From: a virus
IMG/VR virus record: IMGVR_UViG_3300009371_000232
Strand: one strand, 5' to 3'
Length of the DNA stretch: 28,360 bases
Numbering within the stretch: the first letter of the stretch is position 1; each line of letters opens with the position of its first letter. The position numbers and the translations under genes are program-made. The notes beneath the pieces are model-generated. The model was not told the origin of the DNA, did no database searches, and saw only the letters and a list, made by a program, of their open reading frames with translations. This document shows positions 7,967-15,492 of this stretch, in pieces.

Positions 7967-9552
7967 TGGCTTGGAGTGCTGCATTCCGTGAGCGACTGGC
8001 GATCGGTGGCGAGCCGATGTTCGCCCTGGACTTCGCAGATGCGCCAAACCCGGAGATGTTCGACTATCGGCCGGAACGGTACATCCTGCACACCCACGGC
8101 ATGGGCGGGGGGTCTCACATGGCCCATGCGCTTCTAAGCGTCTCAGCGCCCACACAGAGCGTCCAGATCCGTTCCTGGCGTCCCAGCATCGGCGCGGTAC
8201 GTGCAACGCTCAGCGGGGCCCACCACGCCTTCTGGATAGCCCGTGTGATACCGCGCGGGATGCTGTGCCGTCTCAAGATCGGATTCGCTGGCATGGATTA
8301 CACCGAGTGGGGCGATTGTGGGATCTTCCAGTACAAGGGCATCAGCGGAGCCCGGAACCAATGGGTGATGGAGTTCGGCGACTTTTTTGGCTACATGCAA
8401 TCGAGGTCCGACAACACCGACTACCGCGACCTTTTTGAAGACGCGGGCAAGACAACAATTACGGTGTCTCCCAATTGGACTGTCGGTGATCCCACGCTCA
8501 GCGTTGACGATGTTTCGGGCTTCGACATGGATACTGCATCCAGCACGCGGGGCCTGCTGCACTGCCAGCCCACAACGGGCGACCCGTTCTACATGAAGTA
8601 CACGAACATCCTGACGGGGAGCAAGCGGTTTGAGGTTGTTGATGCCGATGTAATGGGGACGACCCGCGTGAATTTGGGTGTGAGCACGAACGCGGCAACT
8701 ATTACATCGCTCGGCTACACGTTCGAGGACATACCCGACACATGGACAAAGCTGCTGTTTCGGGATGAATCAGCGGGCACCCTGCTTGATGGGTGGAACC
8801 TGCAACTTTGGAAGGACTTTACCACGGTCGACACCGACGACTGGAGCCGGCAGACGGGCAGGCTGCATCCGACCTATGGGGACTTCAAGCTGGACTTCGT
8901 GACCGCGCAGCCATTGACGAATCCATGGGCAGCTATCTCCGATTATATGGCGGCGTTCGGTTCGTGGCTGGTTGTCCGCCAGGGTCGGCTGTCATTCAGA
9001 GCAGCCCAGAACATCGCGGCCGATAGCGGGTTCCCGATCTACACAGACGGCACGATAACGGACGTGGACATCGTGTCTGTGGAGGGGCAGACCCTGTACC
9101 ATCCCGAGGCGCGGGACGATGTGATCCAGTTCAGCCCACCAGGGGCCACCGATTACGCGGACGGCGTCACATCACCGACGACCCTGCCAGTGTCCCAGTT
9201 CTATCAGCACCCATCGAACGGCAAGGTATTCGACGATGACGTGGAGACCACGAACGAGGCTAATGCCGGGCTCCACATCAAGCGGCGGCTCATGCCCTGG
9301 CACACCAGGCTCCCGAATCAGCTACGCCTGAACCTGGCCGGTTGGCGCTGGACCGAGTTGGTGCCCGGCGATGTGGTCACGGTCGAATCAGACCACGTTA
9401 TGGACCTTCAGACGCCCGTCGCATCACTTGCCAGGATGCGCACCCTGAGCGGAACCCCGTTCCTGGTGACAGCCATCAGTCCAGACTTCGCAAATTTCAC
9501 AACATCGGTTGAGTTGGCAGCACTGCCACCGAAGCCCAACCCCTACACGTAA
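7966..9552 (+). CDS. Minor tail protein in the tail-tip/hub (Tal-like) position.
   Basis: TGATG overlap with the upstream gene. A 528-aa protein, second gene after TMP. No motif recognised. Confidence 0.5.
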   Translation: MAWSAAFRERLAIGGEPMFALDFADAPNPEMFDYRPERYILHTHGMGGGSHMAHALLSVSAPTQSVQIRSWRPSIGAVRATLSGAHHAFWIARVIPRGMLCRLKIGFAGMDYTEWGDCGIFQYKGISGARNQWVMEFGDFFGYMQSRSDNTDYRDLFEDAGKTTITVSPNWTVGDPTLSVDDVSGFDMDTASSTRGLLHCQPTTGDPFYMKYTNILTGSKRFEVVDADVMGTTRVNLGVSTNAATITSLGYTFEDIPDTWTKLLFRDESAGTLLDGWNLQLWKDFTTVDTDDWSRQTGRLHPTYGDFKLDFVTAQPLTNPWAAISDYMAAFGSWLVVRQGRLSFRAAQNIAADSGFPIYTDGTITDVDIVSVEGQTLYHPEARDDVIQFSPPGATDYADGVTSPTTLPVSQFYQHPSNGKVFDDDVETTNEANAGLHIKRRLMPWHTRLPNQLRLNLAGWRWTELVPGDVVTVESDHVMDLQTPVASLARMRTLSGTPFLVTAISPDFANFTTSVELAALPPKPNPYT

Positions 9553-9573
9553 CCCCCACACAGGAGGCCCACG

Positions 9574-9888
9574 ATGGCCCAAACCCTTGACGGTTCCCAA
9601 TTCCCCCAGCTACTACGCTTCACCCTTGGCGGTGTTGATGTGGCGACCCAGGTGAACATCCCAAACGCAGCCAAAACAGCCACCATCCGATTCGAAACGA
9701 ACGCCGGAAAATTGGCTTTCACTGGTACCGATGCCGCCGGCATAAACGCCAACCACATCGCAGTCACGGCTGACGCCACGCACCAATTCTCGGTGACTGA
9801 TGGTATCAACGTCAGCAAGGGCGTCGCTGCGTTCTACGTGGCCAGCGCCACGGGCAGTACCGTCGTCTCTGTCATGTGTGAGGGCTAG
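9574..9888 (+). CDS. Small beta-rich virion-module protein, function unknown.
   Basis: AGGAGG 7 nt upstream of ATG 9574. The 104-aa ORF sits between tail genes. Confidence 0.6.
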   Translation: MAQTLDGSQFPQLLRFTLGGVDVATQVNIPNAAKTATIRFETNAGKLAFTGTDAAGINANHIAVTADATHQFSVTDGINVSKGVAAFYVASATGSTVVSVMCEG

Positions 9889-9891
9889 GCC

Positions 9892-10803
9892 ATGCAGGTA
9901 GTAAACAATGCACCGGCAGGCGGTGGTGGCGGCGGGGCCGCATCGAACGAGGATTGGGTCAGGGTAGATATCACCGACGGAAATTGGAGCCTCAACGACC
10001 CAGACAGCACCCTGTCTTCGATTACGAACACGGGCGGCATCAATCAGGTTGTAGTCAGCACAGCGAATAACCCGCTGACGATCGACTCCGGCGTCCATTA
10101 TATGGAACTGAAAAACAACGATGGCACATCGATCGACTTCGGTGACCGTCCGGTGATGGTGCAGATATATGTGCACTGGCCGAATACTGGATGGGAAGCT
10201 GACGGGAATACAGGAGGCAACAACCGGCCAACAACCGCGAGCAGATGCTATACGGTGGCCGGCATTATGACTGACCCGGAGAACCTGCCGGCGACCGCAG
10301 GGGCGGCAGACCACCCGCTGGACCTTGTCGGCTATGGTCTCGAATGGAAGGGCTCAGCAGCGAAAACGAACAGGCGGGGCATCTACAACAAGGGCACAGG
10401 CTCGCCGCGCGGAACACTCACGCACATATCGTCCAACATGAACACGCCAACGTCATCCGACTACGCAGCGGGCAGGAAGGTCTGCAATCGGATTATGTGG
10501 TTCGGGCGAATCGCAAAGCAGGAATCCGCAACCGGCACCGGCATCAACGTCGTCGGTGAGCCCAACATGAACGAGTTCAGTTTTTCCCACCACTGGGATA
10601 ACGGGTACAAAGTGACAGGCGATGTGGAAACAGCCATGCCGCAGCGTTTTGGCCGTGTACGCACGGACAAGCTTTATCTATGGATCGCCAATGGGCGGGG
10701 GATGAGCGGGGCTGGTTCTTCAGTGACGATTGACTTTGACGTGTACTACCGAATCACCGCACTCGACAGCGGGAACCATCCATCCGGGAGGACGGGCGCA
10801 TGA
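9892..10803 (+). CDS. Putative tail fibre or receptor-binding protein.
   Basis: Last large gene of the tail module. It has an N-terminal G6 hinge (9919-9936), then a Gly/Asn/Thr-rich beta-type sequence. The assignment rests on position and composition only. Confidence 0.45.
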   Translation: MQVVNNAPAGGGGGGAASNEDWVRVDITDGNWSLNDPDSTLSSITNTGGINQVVVSTANNPLTIDSGVHYMELKNNDGTSIDFGDRPVMVQIYVHWPNTGWEADGNTGGNNRPTTASRCYTVAGIMTDPENLPATAGAADHPLDLVGYGLEWKGSAAKTNRRGIYNKGTGSPRGTLTHISSNMNTPTSSDYAAGRKVCNRIMWFGRIAKQESATGTGINVVGEPNMNEFSFSHHWDNGYKVTGDVETAMPQRFGRVRTDKLYLWIANGRGMSGAGSSVTIDFDVYYRITALDSGNHPSGRTGA

Positions 10804-10985
10804 ACTTCATAGACGACCCAGAGACACAGACCGAAAGCCACATAGACACGATCAACGAGGCTTATGATGTGGCCAGCATCCGCATCCGAATTCGGGTGAC
10901 CGAGTTGGCCGCAATCGCAGCCGGCACCGAGGCAGACAAAGACGCGTTCATCGAATGGCTAACCCCCGCCCCGGCCGGCGAATGA
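10800..10985 (+). CDS. Small acidic protein (61 aa), unknown function.
   Basis: ATGA overlap with the upstream gene at 10800-10803. ORF-track entry. Confidence 0.5.
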   Translation: MNFIDDPETQTESHIDTINEAYDVASIRIRIRVTELAAIAAGTEADKDAFIEWLTPAPAGE

Positions 10986-11596
10986 CCAAGGTGGTGGTCT
11001 ACCTGGACCGACAGCACAGCGGGAAGCCCGGCCGAAAGGCTGGGGACCGTGGCGCTGCCGTGGACCTGGATGGTGATGGCACCATCGGCATTGATGAGCG
11101 TGAAGCCATGCTGACGGCCCGGTATCTGCTGGCGTGCGAGGCGGCGCTTCTGGAGGCTGGCCACACGGTGATTCCCATATCGGACGGCTGGTACTCAGAC
11201 CGGCACGCCAGGGTCAACCAGTACGCGGGCGGATTCGACTGCCAGCAGGTGTACGTGGCGGCACATTTGAACGCTGGAAAAGGTGATTATGGAGCCGTTT
11301 TTTGGGATCACCGGTCACGCAGCGGGCCCGAGTTGGCGTCTCGCATCGCCCGACAGATCAGGATGGTCGCCCCGGAGATCAACGGGGTCAAGACCATCGC
11401 AGCCAAGCCGGATGACTGGACCCGTGCCGCATTCGCCACAATCGCGGGCGTGGTTCAGCCGGTAGCTATTTGTTTTGAGCCATTTTTTATGGATCAACCC
11501 AGCCATGCCGACCTGTCGAGCCGATCTGGTTTGGCGGCAATCGGTAGAGGACTCGCCGCAGGCATCGACGCCTGGGCCAACACATGTGAGGTATGA
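10982..11596 (+). CDS. Endolysin, N-acetylmuramoyl-L-alanine amidase (Amidase_3-like).
   Basis: ATG 10982 overlaps the upstream stop (ATGA). VYLDRQHSGKPG...DRGAA...EREAMLTARYLL..LLEAGHTVIPISDG.YSDRHARVNQYAG....VYVAAHLNAG matches the remembered Amidase_3 pattern (GHGG/D.Ga..E......L...G..v...R......R...aN......SiH.Na). Confidence 0.7.
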   Translation: MTKVVVYLDRQHSGKPGRKAGDRGAAVDLDGDGTIGIDEREAMLTARYLLACEAALLEAGHTVIPISDGWYSDRHARVNQYAGGFDCQQVYVAAHLNAGKGDYGAVFWDHRSRSGPELASRIARQIRMVAPEINGVKTIAAKPDDWTRAAFATIAGVVQPVAICFEPFFMDQPSHADLSSRSGLAAIGRGLAAGIDAWANTCEV

Positions 11597-11597
11597 G

Positions 11598-11786
11598 ATG
11601 AAAGCAGCATTTAACACACTATTCAGCGCCACCGAGCGCATCAGCTACCGGCGGTTGACCGTCTTTGCCACCGCATGCGGCCTGCTCATGGTGGACAAGC
11701 TGACGGGCGAGCAGTGGGTGATGGTCGCCATCAGCTACATCGCGGGCCAAGCTGCGCCAGCGATGGCTAAGGCTTTCCGTGGTTGA
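11598..11786 (+). CDS. Putative holin (62 aa, two hydrophobic segments).
   Basis: ATG 11598 lies 1 nt after the endolysin stop. Hydrophobic stretches are LTVFATACGLLMV and WVMVAISYIAGQAAPAMA. Confidence 0.5.
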   Translation: MKAAFNTLFSATERISYRRLTVFATACGLLMVDKLTGEQWVMVAISYIAGQAAPAMAKAFRG

Positions 11787-12030
11787 TTCGCTGGGCTGGG
11801 CTGTGGCTATCTTGGCGGCACTTGCGGCGGTCGTGGGTCGGTTTGTCTCGGCCAAACGGCGCAAGACCACCAGGGTGCCCACAGCCCCGCCTGAGCAGGT
11901 GGCAGCGTCTCACGCCAGGGACGCCATCGAAACGGCAGCACAGCGCGATATGAACGCCATAGACAACGCCCTGGAGGGTGACGACCCGGCCGGTGATGTG
12001 GCAGACATGGCAAACAGGCGGAAAAGATGA
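11779..12030 (+). CDS. Lysis-cassette membrane protein with an N-terminal TMD and a charged tail (holin, antiholin or spanin-like).
   Basis: The GTG start overlaps the previous gene. LGWAVAILAALAAVVGRFV is followed by KRRK and a charged helical region. Confidence 0.45.
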   Translation: MVDSLGWAVAILAALAAVVGRFVSAKRRKTTRVPTAPPEQVAASHARDAIETAAQRDMNAIDNALEGDDPAGDVADMANRRKR

Positions 12031-12455
12031 CAGCGCTTTTGATGCTCATTGCATCCGGGTGGGCTGGTTCGCTCGAAGCTCCACAACTCTCGGAGCCAAC
12101 CCCCAACGAGTGCGACCAGGCCACGCCCATCAGGGTCGGGGGCGGTATTCCTCCCGCTATCCTCGGCCCTGATGGGACCGTCCGCTGTCATGCCGTGGCG
12201 ATGCCCACCAGCGAAGTTGCGTATCTGCTGAAGCTCGAAGAATATCACGAGGCAATGGAGCGGCTACATGCACTGGATGTGGCGTTGCTCCAAGCCGAGC
12301 GGGATTGGTATCGTGACCAACTCGCCACAGAGCAGGCCCCGGTCCCATGGTATGAAACGCCCACAGCGCAACGATGGACGGGGCGTGCTGAAGTGTTAGC
12401 GGTGTTGACCGTCGTGACAATTGGATTAGGATATGGGTACAATCAAGCCAGGTGA
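12027..12455 (+). CDS. Lysis-cassette envelope protein with an N-terminal signal-like segment, a coiled-coil centre and a C-terminal TMD.
   Basis: ATGA overlap at 12027. N-terminus MTALLMLIASGWAGS has no lipobox Cys. The central region is LEEYHEAMERLHALDVALLQAERDWYRDQL and the C-terminus is AEVLAVLTVVTIGLGYGY. Confidence 0.45.
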   Translation: MTALLMLIASGWAGSLEAPQLSEPTPNECDQATPIRVGGGIPPAILGPDGTVRCHAVAMPTSEVAYLLKLEEYHEAMERLHALDVALLQAERDWYRDQLATEQAPVPWYETPTAQRWTGRAEVLAVLTVVTIGLGYGYNQAR

Positions 12456-12459
12456 AAGC

Positions 12460-12747
12460 ATGAACCAGACAGTGTTGATCGCAGGCATCCCGGCTTTGAT
12501 TGCGATCGGTGGTTCGCTGATGACTCTGGAGGCCACGGCCCAAGAGACTGAAAAGGTCTCCGAGCGGGTCAGGGCGATCGAGGTCAAGCAGGCCGAGGGC
12601 TCAGCCCTGGAAGTCATGGTGACCCAGAACACGAAAGACCTGGCAGCGCTGACCGCCATCGTGACCAAGATGGCAGAGAGTCAAAACGAAATGCTGAAGA
12701 ACCAGGTTTCCATCTGTGTCAGTACCGGCGCGGATTGTACCCGATAG
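12460..12747 (+). CDS. Lysis-cassette type II membrane protein, i-spanin-like (N-terminal TMD plus coiled coil).
   Basis: ATG 12460 lies 4 nt after the previous stop. VLIAGIPALIAIGGSLMTL is followed by a heptad-like charged region and two C-terminal Cys (CVSTGADC). Confidence 0.45.
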   Translation: MNQTVLIAGIPALIAIGGSLMTLEATAQETEKVSERVRAIEVKQAEGSALEVMVTQNTKDLAALTAIVTKMAESQNEMLKNQVSICVSTGADCTR

Positions 12748-12773
12748 CTAAATTGATGGGTTCCCTGTCCTGG

Positions 12774-12826
12774 GTGCCCCGCCTCTGATCGGCAATTGTC
12801 TGGTCAGGGGCACTTTGCTATTCGTT
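12774..12826 (+). terminator. Putative intrinsic terminator closing the structural and lysis operon.
   Basis: GTGCCCC (12774-12780) pairs with GGGGCAC (12807-12813). An inner TGA/TCA extension follows a 5-nt bulge, and TTTGCTATTCGTT follows the stem. It lies 27 nt after the last late stop codon. Confidence 0.45.
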
Positions 12827-12875
12827 GTACATGAAGCCAATTGCAATCTATCTTCACCTATCTCGCCCAATATCC

Positions 12876-12905
12876 TTGACGGGGATATTTAAACGGGTGT
12901 ATAAA
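12876..12905 (+). promoter_or_regulatory. Sigma70-like early promoter.
   Basis: TTGACG (12876-12881), an 18-nt spacer, then TATAAA (12900-12905), inside an AT-rich island. The predicted +1 is near 12912. Confidence 0.55.
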
Positions 12906-12919
12906 GAATATATGGAAAG

Positions 12920-12947
12920 CAACCAACCAACCCAGGACAACACCATG
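12920..12947 (+). repeat. Start-associated block, copy A (28-nt form, no hairpin).
   Basis: CAACCAACCAACCCAGGACAACACCATG, identical to 15493-15520. Confidence 0.9.
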
Positions 12948-13133
12948 ACCAACATCCTCGTGACCGAAACCTCCAAGAACCACGCGGGCGTGCCCTTCGC
13001 TGGCCTTGTCAACCTCGACGGCACCACGGCGCAATTCCTCGATGAGGACCACGCCAACGCATTCATCGAGGCAGAATCCAACGCTGCATTTTTCGCCGAG
13101 TTCGCTTCTGTTGAAGTGGTCCCAGCATCCTAA
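12945..13133 (+). CDS. Early small acidic protein (62 aa). The alternative in-frame start ATG 12912 would add MESNQPTQDNT.
   Basis: The ATG sits at the end of the conserved block. The promoter elements lie inside the longer track ORF 12825..13133, so that upstream start is excluded. Confidence 0.6.
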   Translation: MTNILVTETSKNHAGVPFAGLVNLDGTTAQFLDEDHANAFIEAESNAAFFAEFASVEVVPAS

Positions 13134-13177
13134 ACACTCACCGGGGCTTCGGCCCCCCAACCCAGGACAACACCATG
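13131..13177 (+). repeat. Intercistronic cassette, copy B (stop, spacer, cUUCGg hairpin, conserved block, ATG).
   Basis: TAAACACTCACC GGGGC-TTCG-GCCCC CC AACCCAGGACAACACC ATG. Confidence 0.9.
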
Positions 13178-13432
13178 GCAGCTTCCCCAAAATACAAGAT
13201 ATTCCAAAACGGCCAGTATCTCGGATCCCTCAAAAGGCCATCAGATGCCGCAGTACTGATATCGGTACTCGGCCCAGGGTCCAGTGTCAGGCTGGGACAT
13301 GCCAAGCGGGACACCCTGCTGGTGGTCACCGATGAGAACCATTCCGCAATCTGCGACAGCTACGACCAGACCGAGGACGCCATCTGCGAAGCCGAGAGCG
13401 CATTCCGCGCCCGACACCCTCTAATGTCATAA
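13175..13432 (+). CDS. Early protein (85 aa), unknown function.
   Basis: ORF-track entry. The ATG ends cassette copy B. Confidence 0.65.
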   Translation: MAASPKYKIFQNGQYLGSLKRPSDAAVLISVLGPGSSVRLGHAKRDTLLVVTDENHSAICDSYDQTEDAICEAESAFRARHPLMS

Positions 13433-13480
13433 ACACTCACCGGGGGGGGCAACCCCCCACCAACCCAGGACAACACCATG
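13430..13480 (+). repeat. Intercistronic cassette, copy C (GCAA tetraloop hairpin).
   Basis: TAAACACTCACC G GGGGGG-GCAA-CCCCCC ACC AACCCAGGACAACACC ATG. Confidence 0.9.
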
Positions 13481-13678
13481 AACATTCCACCCGGCCCATA
13501 CGCAGCCCCCGAGGGCAGCACCGAGAAAACCTACCAGGTGACCATCACCACGGTCGTTCCCATGACGCACACCGACCCGGCAGACTGGGACTTTGAAGCC
13601 CTGCTGGAGACCATCCGAGACCAGACCCACGGCGCAGATGTGCAGTCGGTCGAGATGACCCCAGGGGGTGCAGCATGA
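13478..13678 (+). CDS. Early small acidic protein (66 aa), unknown function.
   Basis: ORF-track entry. The ATG ends cassette copy C. Confidence 0.65.
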   Translation: MNIPPGPYAAPEGSTEKTYQVTITTVVPMTHTDPADWDFEALLETIRDQTHGADVQSVEMTPGGAA

Positions 13679-13986
13679 GGTGGCCCGACGGACCAAGATC
13701 AGCAGATAAGATACCAGAATTGGCGTGGACACTGTGGGATGACGGGAAGTTATATTCGAGCATCAGATGTGCCACTGGTGTGGTTACTTATCTTGAATAC
13801 CGCATAGTCCCCACCGAGACCGGCCGGTTCCGGTTGTTTATTGGTGACCGGTCTGCGGAGATCACAAAGACTGTATTCGCGGCGATGACCGCTGCAAGTA
13901 AGGACTCTCGCAGGTGGTATTCTTGGATCAAAAGTAAGCAGCAGAACCCCCGATCTCGGCACTACTACCCAGGCTGTGCAGCATGA
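13675..13986 (+). CDS. Early protein (103 aa), unknown function.
   Basis: ATGA overlap with the upstream gene and a GGGGGTG SD-like element upstream. Confidence 0.55.
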   Translation: MRWPDGPRSADKIPELAWTLWDDGKLYSSIRCATGVVTYLEYRIVPTETGRFRLFIGDRSAEITKTVFAAMTAASKDSRRWYSWIKSKQQNPRSRHYYPGCAA

Positions 13987-14057
13987 ACATCAGCAAACGC
14001 GAGATACTGGCGCGGGCCATCGTGGGCATCATGGTCGTTCTGTGGTGTCTGCTATGA
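13983..14057 (+). CDS. Possible 24-aa hydrophobic micro-protein (MNISKREILARAIVGIMVVLWCLL).
   Basis: Hand translation. Its ATG overlaps the upstream stop (ATGA at 13983-13986), and its own stop overlaps the next ATG (ATGA at 14054-14057). Confidence 0.3.
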   Translation: MNISKREILARAIVGIMVVLWCLL

Positions 14058-14485
14058 GCCGCCAACCATGGAAGGACAGCCCCATCGGGTCCAGGGCATT
14101 CGAGGAACACGAGGCCAAGCTACGCGGGCAGGCCGATCTATTCGACAAGGACCAGCACATCGGCACGATGGACGACCCACCAGCGCCCGACACGCCCGAG
14201 TCACGGGCACGGCTGGCCAAGCTGGACGCAGCCCTGGAGGACATCGCGCGCAGCCAAGCAGAGGCCAACCAGGACCGCACATTGAATAGCTATGACCAGG
14301 CCAGGCTCGACAACATCACGGCCATCGGTGCGCTGGAACAAGAGTTGCTGGAGGTCATCAACGAGGCCCGGCCGCACGTGTACCGTCAGCAGTACCACGG
14401 CAGGCATGAGCAGGATCGGGCCGATGCCGTGGCATGGCTTCAAAAGTGGACAGGCCAGGACCACGAGGGGGTGAATGATGACTGA
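14054..14485 (+). CDS. Early coiled-coil protein (143 aa), unknown function.
   Basis: In-frame ATG of track ORF 13976..14485. The 26 residues upstream of it (QHEHQQTRDTGAGHRGHHGRSVV) look like off-frame noise. Confidence 0.55.
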   Translation: MSRQPWKDSPIGSRAFEEHEAKLRGQADLFDKDQHIGTMDDPPAPDTPESRARLAKLDAALEDIARSQAEANQDRTLNSYDQARLDNITAIGALEQELLEVINEARPHVYRQQYHGRHEQDRADAVAWLQKWTGQDHEGVNDD

Positions 14486-14714
14486 AGCAGAACACGACCG
14501 ACTGGAGTGGGAGGCAGAGCGCGCCAGATACAACGACTGGGCCGCACAGATAGAGGTCCAGATCCCCGAGGGTGACCCCGACGATGTGCCAGACACCCAC
14601 GAGTGTGCCACCTGCGGCAGGGTCTCCGAGGACATGGACGAGCTATTGCGGCCCTGCGGTGATTCACGGGGCGAGTGGTACTGCCACCGAGGGCAAGGGT
14701 GCCAAAGTGGGTAG
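14475..14714 (+). CDS. Early protein with a C-terminal four-Cys zinc-ribbon-like motif.
   Basis: ECATCGRVSEDMDELLRPCGDSRGEWYCHRGQGC. GAGGGGGTG lies upstream of the ATG. Confidence 0.6.
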   Translation: MMTEAEHDRLEWEAERARYNDWAAQIEVQIPEGDPDDVPDTHECATCGRVSEDMDELLRPCGDSRGEWYCHRGQGCQSG

Positions 14715-14787
14715 GCGGCTATCAGACCACGACACGTACGATCTGGCGGTGGGTCCACCACGCCCATCGCCAACCCAGGGCAGCCGG

Positions 14788-15165
14788 ATGTCTCCGCCGG
14801 AGTACGACCGACCACCACCGGGTCCCGAGCCCGCGCCTGACCAGATGGGCGCACTGGTCAAGGCCCAGTCAGACCTGCACAGGGCGTCACATGCCGTGCT
14901 GTCTGCAATCGCAGCGGCCGACAGGGAGGCCCAGGATGCCCGTGACGCCATCGAAGCGGCCCAGATGATGGAACGCGCACGGGTGGCACTGGAACGCAGT
15001 CTGGCGCCACTGGAGCGCAACCAGGAGCCACCCACGGGCCCGGCTATCATGGCGTGCGCCCGGTGCGGTTCCCAGGGCATCGCCATCAGCCCGGAGCGGT
15101 CGACGGTCTGGTACTGCCCAGCCGGTTACGGGTGCAACCAGGAGGCCACAGATGCCGATCTATGA
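14788..15165 (+). CDS. Early protein with a paralogous C-terminal zinc-ribbon-like motif. The start is uncertain; GTG 14707 and GTG 14749 are alternatives.
   Basis: ACARCGSQGIAISPERSTVWYCPAGYGC matches the CxxCG...WYC..G.GC pattern of the upstream gene. ATG 14788 is preceded by an eroded conserved block, CCAACCCAGGGCAGCCGG. Confidence 0.5.
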   Translation: MSPPEYDRPPPGPEPAPDQMGALVKAQSDLHRASHAVLSAIAAADREAQDARDAIEAAQMMERARVALERSLAPLERNQEPPTGPAIMACARCGSQGIAISPERSTVWYCPAGYGCNQEATDADL

Positions 15166-15346
15166 ATACCGATGCGCAGAGTGCGGCACCCAGGTGGAGC
15201 AACTGCAATCATTCGATGACCCAGCACCCACGTGCCCCAAGTGCGCCGATACCGTCAACAAGCTGCGCCGGATGTCAAAGCAGGTGTCCCGGTCAAGCTT
15301 CCGCTTGGAGGGCGGCGGATGGGCGCACGACGGATACAGTGGGTGA
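15152..15346 (+). CDS. FmdB-family zinc-ribbon protein (CxxC_CxxC_SSSS type).
   Basis: MPIYEYRCAECGTQVEQLQSFDDPAPTCPKCAD is the hallmark N-terminus of this family. AGGAGG lies 7 nt upstream. Confidence 0.75.
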   Translation: MPIYEYRCAECGTQVEQLQSFDDPAPTCPKCADTVNKLRRMSKQVSRSSFRLEGGGWAHDGYSG

Positions 15347-15393
15347 TGTGAAGGTCCAGCCGATGTTTCTGGGGAGAGACTGAACGCTGGACA

Positions 15394-15424
15394 GGGACCC
15401 TGTTTCATGGTGTTGCAGGGTCCC
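15394..15424 (+). promoter_or_regulatory. 9-bp perfect stem-loop after the FmdB-like gene, a possible terminator or processing site.
   Basis: GGGACCCTG (15394-15402) and CAGGGTCCC (15416-15424) flank a 13-nt loop. No U-tract follows. Confidence 0.4.
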
Positions 15425-15444
15425 ACCTTCACCATTCCCCATAA

Positions 15445-15463
15445 ATATACTTGCGCGGTATAT
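15445..15463. promoter_or_regulatory. Operator-like palindrome ATATAC-N7-GTATAT overlapping a weak promoter-like element.
   Basis: 6-bp perfect inverted arms. TTGCGC (15451-15456), a 17-nt spacer, then TAGTGG (15474-15479). Confidence 0.35.
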
Positions 15464-15492
15464 CAGGAGCAATTAGTGGACAGTATGAGAAT

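Noticed and set aside
12825-12944. Upstream extensions of track ORFs. These are 12825 for the first early gene, 15407 for the 15518 gene, 16759 for the 17122 gene, 21252 for the 21579 gene, 23025 for terL, 14572 for the 14788 gene, 1359 for the gp10-like gene and 13976 for the 14054 gene.
   Set aside because: The extensions run through promoter, terminator or hairpin elements, or overlap the preceding gene out of frame. Internal starts with SD elements or ATGA/GTGA coupling give compact, non-overlapping genes.
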